Shown: positions 1 through 10,030 of the stretch, in pieces
How the letters are laid out: the number at the start of each line of letters is the position of its first letter
Numbering within the stretch: position 1 is the first letter of the stretch
The notes under the pieces: generated by a model
Database searches by the model: none
Seen by the model: the letters and a program-made list of their open reading frames with translations, nothing else
What the model was told of the DNA's origin: nothing
Source: a cyanobacterium endosymbiont of Epithemia turgida isolate EtSB Lake Yunoko
GTDB lineage: Bacteria; Cyanobacteriota; Cyanobacteriia; Cyanobacteriales; Microcystaceae
Direction: 5' to 3'
NCBI RefSeq assembly: GCF_000829235.1
Contig: NZ_AP012549.1
Span: 173,397-205,396, forward strand
Length of the DNA: 32,000 nucleotides
Translations under genes and position numbers: made by a program

Positions 1-98
1 ATCGTATTTTAGTGATGGATAAAGGAAAACCTGTTCAGATAGGAACCCATAAAACCTTGTGGCAACAACCTGGTTTGTATCGGTCTCTTTGGAATTAA
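1..98 (+). CDS. 3' end of an ABC-transporter ATP-binding (exporter-type) gene, cut by the window edge
   Basis: Frame 3 (from nt 3) reads RILVMDKGKPVQIGTHKTLWQQPGLYRSLWN, followed by TAA at 96-98. This matches the typical extreme C-terminus of ABC exporter ATPase domains (..ILVMDxGxxxxxGTHxxL...GLYxxLW). Confidence 0.6.
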   Translation, partial: RILVMDKGKPVQIGTHKTLWQQPGLYRSLWN

Positions 99-1130
99 CG
101 CCAATCATAGAAAGTCTACAAACAAATAAAATTCAACCCTTACTTACTTAAATTTGACTATGAATTGTTTAGTCCTATTATACCGATATAAGCTCTGAAT
201 ATAACTCAAAAATAAAAATATTTTGATAAATTTAATTTACAGTTTTACTTGATGAGGACTTCATAGAAATAAGAACTACTTTTAACTGTTAATTTCGTTT
301 TTGTTCCAACTCCGAAATTAATTTGAAATGAATTATATTAATATCAATATAAACAAGTTCTTATAAATTGTGCTATTGAGGAATCAAACTAACTTTACAA
401 CTGGCTTAGATTAGGAAATAACCCATTCTTCACAGTCTACTCAATAAATAATTTTAGGATAAATTTCTGCCGCTTCATAGATTTTGTAATCAGCCCAGCA
501 AAACTTACAGTGAATAACTTTTAAATAAAATTAATTGATTAATTTATCAACGTTAATGACTTATTTCTGGGTAAAGATAAAATTACTAGTAACCCCTAAA
601 GAAAAACTTTGCTTAAATAACTTAAGAGAAGTTCAAGAATGACCTTATGAATCTAAAATTGTAGATAATATGCTGCTGTACTTACTAAGAAATTAACGAT
701 TAGTTTTAGCTTTAGGATTAAGAATTCTTCTCTTAACATTAACAATATTTATTAAATAGATTAGGCCTTTTCTCCTTAATGCAGCTCCAATGCTCAAAGT
801 ATCTACCCAAGCTGACTATGACGCATAAATTTTAGGTGTACCAGTAAATTTTCTTTATTGGTTGGTTTTTAGGATAGAAATAAAATGGTAAAGTTTTCTT
901 TATGTACTAATTTTAGTACAATAATCGTAACAAATCTCTTAACCCCAAATACTATGTTGTTACATATATTTTACTTTGGAAATGTATTGAATTAATGGAT
1001 TAATTTTGTCACCGAATCTTTAGGTGTTAAGGTATAAATTTTAAAGAAAAAGTAGCTAAACAAGACTTACCTCCTCTATGAAAACTGACAAGAATAATTG
1101 CTTTAAGTGTAAAACTAATATCAGCTATAG

Positions 1131-1277
1131 CTTTTACCTGTACTAGGATTTACTTCAATTGTCTTTATTTTAGATGGCTATTCTCTGGGACTAGCTGAAG
1201 GAGTAATTTCACGTAATACAGCTTTGATTTATATTTTTTTGGGTTTATTCCTTGAACTATTATTACTTGACAGTTAA
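1131..1277 (+). pseudogene. Possible relic of the C-terminus of a membrane protein (no start codon in frame)
   Basis: An open frame with no ATG reads LLPVLGFTSIVFILDGYSLGLAEGVISRNTALIYIFLGLFLELLLLDS, then TAA at 1275-1277. A neighbouring frame just upstream reads IIALSVKLISAIAFT. The composition is hydrophobic and helix-like, unlike the surrounding AT desert. The family is not identified. Confidence 0.2.
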
Positions 1278-1387
1278 ATAATAATGACTTATTACAATTA
1301 ACTCTATCTTACTTTATGATACTCAGAGCTATTTTACTCAGTTCATAAATTACTCAAAGTATTAAAAAGGCAAAATTTTTATTTATA

Positions 1388-3736
1388 ATGAATATCTTGC
1401 AAGATAAATGGCAAATAGCACCATCTCCATTAATTCCTCAGTGGTTTCTAACAATTGTTAAATTATATACTCCTAATTCTGAAGGAAAACATGTTGCTAA
1501 AATTCTATGGCAACGAGGAATTCAACACAAAGATCAACTGATGTCTTTCATTGATGCTGATGCCTATCATCCAACTAGTCCTTTTGCTTTTGGAGAAGAA
1601 ATGAAATGGGCAGTTAAACGCCTTAAAAGAGCTTATGAAAATCGAGAAAAAGTAACTATATGGGGGGACTTTGATGCTGATGGAATTACCTCAACTAGCG
1701 TTCTTTGGGAAGGATTAGGACAATTTTTTCTTCCTCATCTTCAACTTGACTATTATATCCCTAATCGTATCACAGAATCACACGGATTAAATTGTCAAGG
1801 AATAAAAAAATTAGCAATATCAGGAACTCGGTTAGTTGTGACTTGTGATACAGGCAGTACTAACTTAACTGAAATTGACTATGCTAATGAGTTAGGTATT
1901 GATATAATTGTCACCGATCATCATGTTTTACCAGATACTCGGCCCCCTGTTACTGCTATTATCAACCCTCGCTACTTTAGCACTAATCATTCTCTATTTA
2001 ATCTATCAGGAGTGGCAGTAGCCTATAAATTAATTGAAGCATTTTATCAGGAATTACCTAATATTCCTCAAGAACCACTAGAACAATTATTAGACTTAGT
2101 TGCTATCGGGCTAATTGCTGACTTAGTTGAGTTAAAAGGAGATTGTCGTTATTTAGCACAAAAAGGTATTCGATGCTTGCACAAACAGCAACAATTTAAA
2201 ACTCGTCCAGGAATTGCTAAATTATTAGAGTTATGTAAGAAAAATGGTGATCGACCTACTGATATTTCCTATGGTATTGGACCTAGAATTAATGCTATTA
2301 GTCGCATTTATGGAGATGCAACATTTGGAGTTGAATTATTAACTAGTCGCGATATAAAACTTTGCCACGAACTTGCTTTTAAAACCGAATTAGCAAACAC
2401 AAGACGTAAAGAAATACAACAAAGAGTTTATAAAGATGTTAAAAATAAACTATCTAAAATTGACTTGTCAACTGTGAAAGCTATTGTCTTAAAAGATACT
2501 CAATGGGATAGCGGAGTTCTAGGGTTAGTTGCAGGAAAAATTGCTCAAGAATATAGTCGTCCAACAATTTTATTAACCATAATAGAAACAGATAATGAAG
2601 ACGAAGTTAAAGGCATAAAAATGCTCAGAGGTTCAGCGCGCTCAGTTAATCAAATAGATTTATATAAATTACTGGATTATCATAAAAATTTGTTACATCG
2701 TTTTGGAGGACATCCTTTTGCTGTAGGGTTAAGTTTACCTCTAAAAAATTTAACTTTATTTAGAGAAGGGATTAATCAACAATTACGACAAAAACTCGAT
2801 CATATTACTTATTTAAAAGCAACGATTGAAGTAGATTTAATTGTTACTGTTGTTGACTTAGGACAAGATTTATTTCGAGAACTAAAATTATTAGAACCCT
2901 GTGGAATTGGTAATTCTATTCCTAAAATTTTAATACAAAATTGCTGGTTTGATAATGTTTTCAGCAATAATATTGAGGACAGAACAAAAAATAAAATACA
3001 GTATATAAAGACAACTTTTGAGATTCATGATTTTTCTACTGACAAAGGATTTCCTGGAGTTTGGTGGGAACATTATAAAGATGAGCTTCCTTTTGATAAA
3101 CTCCAAGATACTATTGTTGAATTATATTTTAATTCTTATTATAAACGTTATGAAGTTAGATTAATTGCTATTAGAGACTGTGTAGATAATGTTGAACTTA
3201 ATCAAAATACTAATAATAATAACTATTTGTTAGATTGGCGAAACAAAAAATATAAAGAAGACTTTCAAAAAGTAAATACTCAAATTCAAATATTACAAGA
3301 ATGTCCTAATAGCTGGGATGAACTATTAACAATATATCATCAAACTCAACAAAAAAAAATTAAACTTGCTCTTGCTTATGATTCACCAAAATATATAAAT
3401 TCCATAGAAGTTTGGCAACAATTATTAGGAATTGCAAAATATTACAGTCGTACTAATGAAGTTGTCAATATAAAACAAATAAAGACAAGATTAGAACTTA
3501 GTAATTATACCCTAAAAATTGGATTAGAAACCTTGTATGAATTAGGATTTAATTACAATAAAATAGAAGAAAAGTTCCAATTTAGATGGATCAAAAAGAT
3601 TGCTAATAATGCTCAAAAACAAGTGAGTAAATTTCTAGAAATAGTGGACGAAGAACAATTTCAGCATAAATATTTTTCTGAAGTTTCGCTTGAGTATATC
3701 AACAAAAAAATATATATAAACAATAAAAAAGAATAA
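1388..3736 (+). CDS. recJ: Single-stranded-DNA-specific exonuclease RecJ (DHH/DHHA1 family)
   Basis: The ORF is 782 aa. DHH-family motifs are present: VTIWGDFDADGITSTSVL, VVTCDTGS and IVTDHHV. The DHHA1 motif RFGGHPFAVG is also present. The length fits the long cyanobacterial RecJ form. The C-terminal third is N/K-rich. Confidence 0.9.
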   Translation: MNILQDKWQIAPSPLIPQWFLTIVKLYTPNSEGKHVAKILWQRGIQHKDQLMSFIDADAYHPTSPFAFGEEMKWAVKRLKRAYENREKVTIWGDFDADGITSTSVLWEGLGQFFLPHLQLDYYIPNRITESHGLNCQGIKKLAISGTRLVVTCDTGSTNLTEIDYANELGIDIIVTDHHVLPDTRPPVTAIINPRYFSTNHSLFNLSGVAVAYKLIEAFYQELPNIPQEPLEQLLDLVAIGLIADLVELKGDCRYLAQKGIRCLHKQQQFKTRPGIAKLLELCKKNGDRPTDISYGIGPRINAISRIYGDATFGVELLTSRDIKLCHELAFKTELANTRRKEIQQRVYKDVKNKLSKIDLSTVKAIVLKDTQWDSGVLGLVAGKIAQEYSRPTILLTIIETDNEDEVKGIKMLRGSARSVNQIDLYKLLDYHKNLLHRFGGHPFAVGLSLPLKNLTLFREGINQQLRQKLDHITYLKATIEVDLIVTVVDLGQDLFRELKLLEPCGIGNSIPKILIQNCWFDNVFSNNIEDRTKNKIQYIKTTFEIHDFSTDKGFPGVWWEHYKDELPFDKLQDTIVELYFNSYYKRYEVRLIAIRDCVDNVELNQNTNNNNYLLDWRNKKYKEDFQKVNTQIQILQECPNSWDELLTIYHQTQQKKIKLALAYDSPKYINSIEVWQQLLGIAKYYSRTNEVVNIKQIKTRLELSNYTLKIGLETLYELGFNYNKIEEKFQFRWIKKIANNAQKQVSKFLEIVDEEQFQHKYFSEVSLEYINKKIYINNKKE

Positions 3737-3797
3737 ATATAATTTATTCTTTAAGCTAGAATAGATAAGGTGCTATTGCAAAAGTACGTATAAAATT

Positions 3798-4064
3798 ATG
3801 AAATCTTTAACCTATCTAATTATCACAATAATGATTGCTTTCTGGTTTGGAGTAATCGCTATTTTTTCTATTCAAAACATTACTGAAATTTCTTTAAAAT
3901 TTTTAATGTTGGAATCTATCAAATTTCCCATTGGAGTATTATTATCTTTCTGTATAGGGGGGGGAATGGTTTTGGGATCACTAATGACTATATTGTGGGA
4001 ATGTTCAAAATATTTACCTCAAAGAGATTCAAGGAAAATTTCTAAAGAAGTTGATAATTTTTGA
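3798..4064 (+). CDS. Small membrane protein with a LapA-type domain (DUF1049-like)
   Basis: The ORF is 88 aa with two predicted TM helices. The pattern IAIFSIQNITEISLKFLMLESIKFPIGVLLSFCIGGGMVLGSL resembles the LapA domain (xQNxxxVxLxFLxW...). The start lies 61 nt after the recJ stop. Confidence 0.6.
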   Translation: MKSLTYLIITIMIAFWFGVIAIFSIQNITEISLKFLMLESIKFPIGVLLSFCIGGGMVLGSLMTILWECSKYLPQRDSRKISKEVDNF

Positions 4065-4341
4065 TTTAAATTGAATCAATGTATATGTTAGGTTAATGTT
4101 AAATTACAAGTCGTAAAATTACGTCGAACAATTGATGCGTAAATTCTAATAGCCATAGAAAAATTAGTTATTTAGTTGCTGATGATTTAATTAAAATATA
4201 AACAATAAAAATAAGAAAAAAATTAATTTAAAATTGTAAAAATTATATAAAAATTTTTACAAATAAAGTCAATAAAAGAGTAAATAAGAAGACTTTAATA
4301 AAAGCAAAATAAATAAAGTGATAGAAAATTTTAGAACAGAA

Positions 4342-4399
4342 AAACCTCTGTTTTAAGTTAATTTTTTTAATCATAAAAATTAACTTAAAATAGAGGTTT
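4342..4399. repeat. Long hairpin / inverted repeat (25-nt arms, 8-nt loop)
   Basis: The left arm is AAACCTCTGTTTTAAGTTAATTTTT (4342-4366) and the right arm is AAAAATTAACTTAAAATAGAGGTTT (4375-4399). 24 of 25 positions are complementary. The single exception is a G:T, which would be a G:U wobble in RNA. Confidence 0.85.
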
Positions 4400-4912
4400 A
4401 AAAATATTGCTTAAAAACTTAATTAAAAAATAAATAAAAAAGTTAAGATAATATTTTCAATGAAAACTATTAGTTGGTGACTAGAGTCTTGTTAACTAAT
4501 TTAGTTGAACTAGCTCCAGTAGGTTTAATTTATTGAGATTTATAAATAATAAATTTGCTAAGTGTTAGTGTTTATATAATCCCTTATAAAGAATAGTAGA
4601 TTAAAATAATAATGGTAATTTTAATAAAATAAAAGTTAAAATAATTGCAAATAAAAGCAGTAAATTTACTTCGATTAAAAACCAAATTAAATTAGACTTA
4701 TACTATTAATTAATTAATAGTTTATTCACTTAGTAGAATTGATGAAATTGATAATATAGAATTTATTAGAGATAAAATATTTGTACTAGTTAAATAATAG
4801 CGACATTTCGATTTTGAAAATTAAAGTAAGTAGGAATTTTTAAAAAATAACTATGACAAGCATAATTTATATTAGAGTTAACAAATTTTTTTTGCTTTCT
4901 GATTTTCTTCTT

Positions 4913-5455
4913 TTAACTCGATTGAAATACATACAATGTTATAGCACTATTTCCATAATATTTTTTCTGACGAATTTCTAATCCATTGATTGTCATTGCT
5001 TGCCATAATTTAGGATTATGTTCTACTGCAATTTCTCCGCCTTTTTTTAAAAGTTTGTGAGCTGCTATTTTTTCTAAAACAGGTTGATACAACATACTAG
5101 TATAAGGCGGATCAAAATAGATATAATGAAATTGTTGTCCTTCTAGAGTTTTTAGGATGTTTAAAACATCACCTTTAATCACTTTAAAAGTCTGATTTGT
5201 CGTGGAAAATTTTTGCCAATTTTGCTTAATAATTTTACACGCTTTCCCATAGCTTTCAATACCTATTACTTCCCTTGCACCACGAGATAAAGCTTCTGCA
5301 CCCATTGAACCATTTCCTGCACATAAATCTAGCCAACGACATTCGACAATTGAACCTTGCCAAATATTAAACAAAGCCTCCCTAACTTTAGCAGATGTAG
5401 GACGAATTAATTGTCCAGGTAAAGTGGTTAATAATCGATTTCCATAAATCCGCAT
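4913..5455 (-). CDS. rsmD: 16S rRNA (guanine966-N2)-methyltransferase RsmD
   Basis: The ORF is 180 aa. It has the SAM-binding motif LDLCAGNGSMGAEALSRGA and the motif IV sequence FDPPY. Size and layout are typical of RsmD. Confidence 0.85.
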   Translation of the reverse strand: MRIYGNRLLTTLPGQLIRPTSAKVREALFNIWQGSIVECRWLDLCAGNGSMGAEALSRGAREVIGIESYGKACKIIKQNWQKFSTTNQTFKVIKGDVLNILKTLEGQQFHYIYFDPPYTSMLYQPVLEKIAAHKLLKKGGEIAVEHNPKLWQAMTINGLEIRQKKYYGNSAITLYVFQSS

Positions 5456-5772
5456 TCTGGTTAATAGTTAATTATAGGGATATTGATTAGGAACTACTGA
5501 CAAATACAAAAGTCTAGCCAAACTCAAACACGTAATAGTGATCAGTCAATGCAACACGACTAATAAACTCTTGAGTATCTAAACTATCCATTGTTTTTTC
5601 TAATTGTACTTGTCTTAGTTACCAACTACTAAAATAGTAATCTATCCTAAATACAATTTTATCCAAAAAAACTATTGATAGGTTTTTAGATATCTCTAAG
5701 TGAATAAGTAACTGCAATTGAAGTCTAACTTAACTAATCTTAATTATCTAAGCAGACAATTAAAAATTCTAG

Positions 5773-6411
5773 TTATTTATAGAGTTGTACTGATTTAAGT
5801 AAACTCACAAAATTAGATAGGCTTTTTAAGCCATAATTGGAGGATTTTTCAGGGTGAAATTGTACTGCCATTAAATTATCAAAAGCAATTGCTGCTGTTA
5901 CTGTTTGACTGCCATGAGTAACGGTTGCTGCGGTAACACTTATATCAAGTGGATCAACATAATAAGAGTGAACAAAATACATGTAAGGATTAGGGGGTAA
6001 GCCTTGCCATAAACTTAAATTAGATTGAGTAAATTCCAATTGATTCCAACCCATGTGAGGAATAGTAAGATAAGGTTCAGAACGAAAACGACGGACCTTT
6101 CCAGGAATAATTCCTAACCCTGGTTCTTTCCCTTCTTCAGAAGTATCAAAAAGAATTTGTAAACCTAAACAAATTCCTAAAAAAGGTTTTTTATCAGCAA
6201 TTGCCTGTTTAATAGGATTAACTAAATGGCGCGCCCGTAAATTTTGAACTGCCGGATCAAAAGATCCTACTCCAGGTAAAATAATTCCAGCAGCTTTAGC
6301 AATTTCGTTAGGAGAATCAGTGATTTTTGGGGTTATCCCTGCTCTTTCGATTCCCTTACAAACAGAATGTAGATTTCCCATATCATAGTCGATAACTGCA
6401 ATAAAATTCAT
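5773..6411 (-). CDS. hisH: Imidazole glycerol phosphate synthase, glutamine amidotransferase subunit HisH
   Basis: The ORF is 212 aa. It shows a class-I GATase catalytic Cys context (PFLGICLGLQIL), a His/Glu context (VQFHPEKS) and the N-terminal IAVIDYDMGNLHSV typical of HisH. Confidence 0.92.
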   Translation of the reverse strand: MNFIAVIDYDMGNLHSVCKGIERAGITPKITDSPNEIAKAAGIILPGVGSFDPAVQNLRARHLVNPIKQAIADKKPFLGICLGLQILFDTSEEGKEPGLGIIPGKVRRFRSEPYLTIPHMGWNQLEFTQSNLSLWQGLPPNPYMYFVHSYYVDPLDISVTAATVTHGSQTVTAAIAFDNLMAVQFHPEKSSNYGLKSLSNFVSLLKSVQLYK

Positions 6412-6556
6412 GTTGTAAGATTTAATATAATAAATGCTTTGATCCTATTCTAGAGTATAAGAAACCATGACTAGCATTGTTTTAACTTTACTTGATTTCA
6501 AATTTAGATACCCTATCAACTCTCTAGTTCCTTGAAGGTTATTTGAAGATATATTT

Positions 6557-6612
6557 AAAATAAAGCTATCGAAGGAGTATTTATTTAAACACTCCTTCGA
6601 TAGCTTTATTTT
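6557..6612. terminator. Orphan intrinsic-terminator-like hairpin (perfect 22-bp stem, A-tract 5', T-tract 3')
   Basis: AAAATAAAGCTATCGAAGGAGT (6557-6578), a 12-nt loop, then ACTCCTTCGATAGCTTTATTTT (6591-6612) followed by T. The arms are perfectly complementary. The A-run and T-run flanks give a bidirectional terminator architecture. No intact gene ends next to it. Confidence 0.45.
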
Positions 6613-7339
6613 TGTCATAATGACTAGATTGTATCGATTATTAATTATAAACTTGAATATTAGGAGAGAATGGGATAAACTTAAAAGCACAATTAACCTA
6701 AAAAAATAGTTTTATAATTGCTTAATATATCTATTGGTTACGATGAATGAAAATTAATTTATTTATAAAAAATTTTATTATAAAGTAATATAATATTTGC
6801 GACAATTTAATTGTATCTATATCTTGATCCTGATTCTATATTTTTATTTATTTTTAAAAAATTTATCTAGTTGAATTTATAATAACTTATTTAGAGATAC
6901 ATAAAGTAAAAAAAATATCTATGATTAGATTAAAATATAATCATTTACTTATAGAAAAAATAATGTTAATTAATTGTGATAAAAAAGAGAATTAGTTTAG
7001 AAAATAATTATTAAATGGCTTTAAATAAGTGATTAACAAGTCATCAATTTTTTACCAACTACTTGAATAATCTAAGCAAAGACTGGAACAATTATGACAA
7101 GAAGGCCTCAGCTAGATAAAAGTCTAACTATTCGACAATTAACATAGATTTTTACAAAATTTAATTATAGGTAAAGTTCTTATTATTATCCATAATGGAA
7201 CAATTAATATGCTTGTCTTTATAAGAATTAGTATTAAACTATTTCTAATAATACTGCTATTTTATGAATTTTAAAATAAAAAGTAATTTAATCATTGAAT
7301 AACCAAGAGTAGATTTACAATATTAGAAGTGTTATGTTA

Positions 7340-7386
7340 AGGTTTTATATATAATATAATTATAATGTCTATTATATATAAAACCT
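7340..7386. repeat. Perfect 17-bp inverted repeat with 13-nt loop
   Basis: AGGTTTTATATATAATA (7340-7356) is the exact reverse complement of TATTATATATAAAACCT (7370-7386). Confidence 0.8.
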
Positions 7387-8616
7387 AATTATTTTAAAGA
7401 ATTTTATTTTAATTTTTTAAAAAAAATATTAATTTTTATAACTTAAAAACTTGAACTATGCCCTTATATAAAAATACTTTAAATATAATTTATAACCTAT
7501 TACAAAGATAATAAAAAAAACAGATGATCTCTATCGTAAAAATATACAGTATTATATTTCATTTTTTATCATTGCTGTCACTCCATCGGCTATTCCTCTT
7601 TTTTTTGTAAATAAGAAATTTTTAATAGCTTGACAAGTTTTTCAGACAAGAGTAATTGTTAGTAGCCATTACAGGTTATTTTTTAAACAAATAGTACGTG
7701 ATACGAAAATCAATCAAGTCTATACTAGGATTTTATAGTACAATATCAGCATCTTGGGTAAGGGCTGATACGTTAACATTAGGATAAAATACTTCTGTTT
7801 ATCTTTGAAGTTTAATGGAAGGAAAAAAATTGATCAGTAAATTTATATATTATACAGGAGATATTTTAAAAAGCATAGGAACAATTTGTTGAGAAAGTTA
7901 GTAACAGAAAGAAAATATATAATTGGAGTTTTTATCTATTGGTATAAAAATTTTCCTTTCTGAGAAAACTTAAACTTTAAGATAAATTATTATTTACCAA
8001 AAACCTATTACAGCAATCAAATAAAAACATGTTATTATTTAATTGATAAGACTAAAAAGTGCAGACTAAAGTAGTTTAATTAATACTATTTTTAATACAA
8101 AACTAGCTGAGGTTAGTGTTTTGTCTAGTACTAAAAAAATTAACTTTTTGAAATACTGCTGGTTATGAATAAGTCAATCGCCCTTAATTTCATAAACAAC
8201 TTCCAAATTCTTGTATGAAAGCTTACTTATTATTAATTACTCCTATTCTTAGCCTGCCTTTATAAATAAACGTTATTTTTTTTATGCTGTCAAATCTGAG
8301 GGAATAGACTTACCATCATGAGTTTACTTTCGATTCAGAGACTGTTTTGAACGAAACTTTAAGTAAGTGACATATAAGAAAATAAAATTTTTTAGGTAAT
8401 TTTTTTTTCTTTAAGCCATTTAGATGATTCTTTTGGAATGTTAGTTCAGCGAAATACATCATATAGTTATCTTAAGATAACTATTATAAATAGTCTCCTA
8501 TGAGTTCTTTTAGATGAAGAACAAATTGACCAATTTTCTGCTCTTATTATTCTTTTAAAATTTAGATAAAAATTGATTACACCTAAAAATCTAGAATGAT
8601 TTACTTAATTGATCGT

Positions 8617-9858
8617 TTATTTAAGCAATTGAGGCATTTTCCCTAGTAATCCTGTCATTAATTGCAAAGAAACCCGTTTAAATAAAGGAACAGTATTAAT
8701 CAACCACAATCCCAACCGACGCAATATCATTAATAACCACCACTGATTAGAAAATAAGCGATTTAAAAAGTCAGTAAACCCCAATATTACCCAATTCTCG
8801 CTTCTGCGCCAGTGTTCGTAACGTTTCAAGACCTTTAAACTTCCGATATCTTCTCCTTGTTGATGAGCTTTTTGTAAAACTTCTGCTAAAGCCGCCACAT
8901 CTCGAATTCCCAAATTTAACCCCTGTCCCCCCAAAGGATGACAGCAATGTGCAGCATCCCCGACCAGAACAAGTCTGTGCTTTGTATAGCGCTCACTTTG
9001 CATTAACTGAATCGGAAATATAAAACGATCACTGACCAATTCTAATTTTCCTAAAATTCCTCCAGTCCGTTGCTGTAACTGACTTAAAAATTTTGTTTCG
9101 TCTAATTCTCTAATTGCTTTCGCTTGGGAATGAGGAGCTGTCCAAACAATTTGACAACGATTTCCTGGAAGGGGTAAAATCCCCATAGGTCCCGAATACC
9201 AAAATCGTTCAAATGCTATGTTATTGCTCGGGGCGTTATGTTTAACTGTGAAAGTAACACAAGACTGCCAATATTTCCATCCTTGAGTTTTAATACCTAC
9301 TTTTAAACGTATTGGCGACTGTGAGCCGTCGGCTCCTATAACTAATTTACTACGGATTTGCTGTAATTGTCCCTCCACTTTGACCTTGACTACAGCCTCT
9401 GTATCTTGATAGTCCACGGCTATCACTTCAGCCGGACATAACCATCGAATTTCCGGCTCCTCTAAAATCGCTGTTTGTAGTGTTTCTAAGAGCATTTTAT
9501 GTTCTCCCACGTAGCCTAGATAATCTGTTCCAATATCGGTAGTTTGGAACTCAACTACCTGTGGATAATCAGCATCAGAAAGGCGAATAGAGTGAAACTT
9601 TCCAACTTTAGGAAATATTTTTTCCCAGATCCCAATTGCGTCTAAAATACGCGCAGACAGTAGTGAGAGAGCATAAGCTTGAGGTTTGCTTGCAACCTTT
9701 ATCTGAACCTGAGTCTCAACAATAACGATTTTCAATCCGGATTTTTTGAGGGCTGTAGCTAAAATCATACCAACAATTCCTCCCCCCACAATAGTAAGAT
9801 CGTAGTCTGCAGTATGTTTAGAGAGTGCAATAGAGGCGTTTAGCTGATCGACAGTCAT
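8617..9858 (-). CDS. FAD-dependent aromatic hydroxylase, UbiH/UbiF/Coq6 family (prenylquinone biosynthesis)
   Basis: The ORF is 413 aa. It has an N-terminal Rossmann motif DLTIVGGGIVGM, the DG motif IGADGSQSPIR and the GD motif LVGDAAHCCHPLGGQGLNLGIRD. Confidence 0.85.
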   Translation of the reverse strand: MTVDQLNASIALSKHTADYDLTIVGGGIVGMILATALKKSGLKIVIVETQVQIKVASKPQAYALSLLSARILDAIGIWEKIFPKVGKFHSIRLSDADYPQVVEFQTTDIGTDYLGYVGEHKMLLETLQTAILEEPEIRWLCPAEVIAVDYQDTEAVVKVKVEGQLQQIRSKLVIGADGSQSPIRLKVGIKTQGWKYWQSCVTFTVKHNAPSNNIAFERFWYSGPMGILPLPGNRCQIVWTAPHSQAKAIRELDETKFLSQLQQRTGGILGKLELVSDRFIFPIQLMQSERYTKHRLVLVGDAAHCCHPLGGQGLNLGIRDVAALAEVLQKAHQQGEDIGSLKVLKRYEHWRRSENWVILGFTDFLNRLFSNQWWLLMILRRLGLWLINTVPLFKRVSLQLMTGLLGKMPQLLK

Positions 9859-10030
9859 TTTAAATTATTTCTTCAAAAAAGGTTTAAAAAACATACACTT
9901 TTTAATTGTGACGTGAATTTTTTGAGTATGCAAGGTCATTAATCTAGATCCTTACTTTAGGATGAAGTATTTTGGCATTATGGCTCTCAGGTTAAAATTT
10001 AACTGCCCATGAGGAGTTAAAGTCTGATTT

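Noticed and set aside
3731-3749. Hairpin GAATAAAT-ATA-ATTTATTC followed by TTT at the recJ stop, as a possible terminator
   Set aside because: The 8-bp stem is almost entirely A:T. Such stems arise by chance in this composition and are too weak to call.
5514-5591. 25-codon minus-strand ORF (MDSLDTQEFISRVALTDHYYVFEFG*) between hisH and rsmD
   Set aside because: It is protein-like but too short to evaluate, with no recognisable family and no clear ribosome-binding site. It could be the N-terminal stump of a lost gene or a chance ORF.
6445-6690. 81-aa minus-strand ORF upstream of hisH
   Set aside because: It has low-complexity AT-rich composition and is interrupted conceptually by the 22-bp terminator-like hairpin at 6557-6612. 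It is most likely a chance ORF in decayed DNA.
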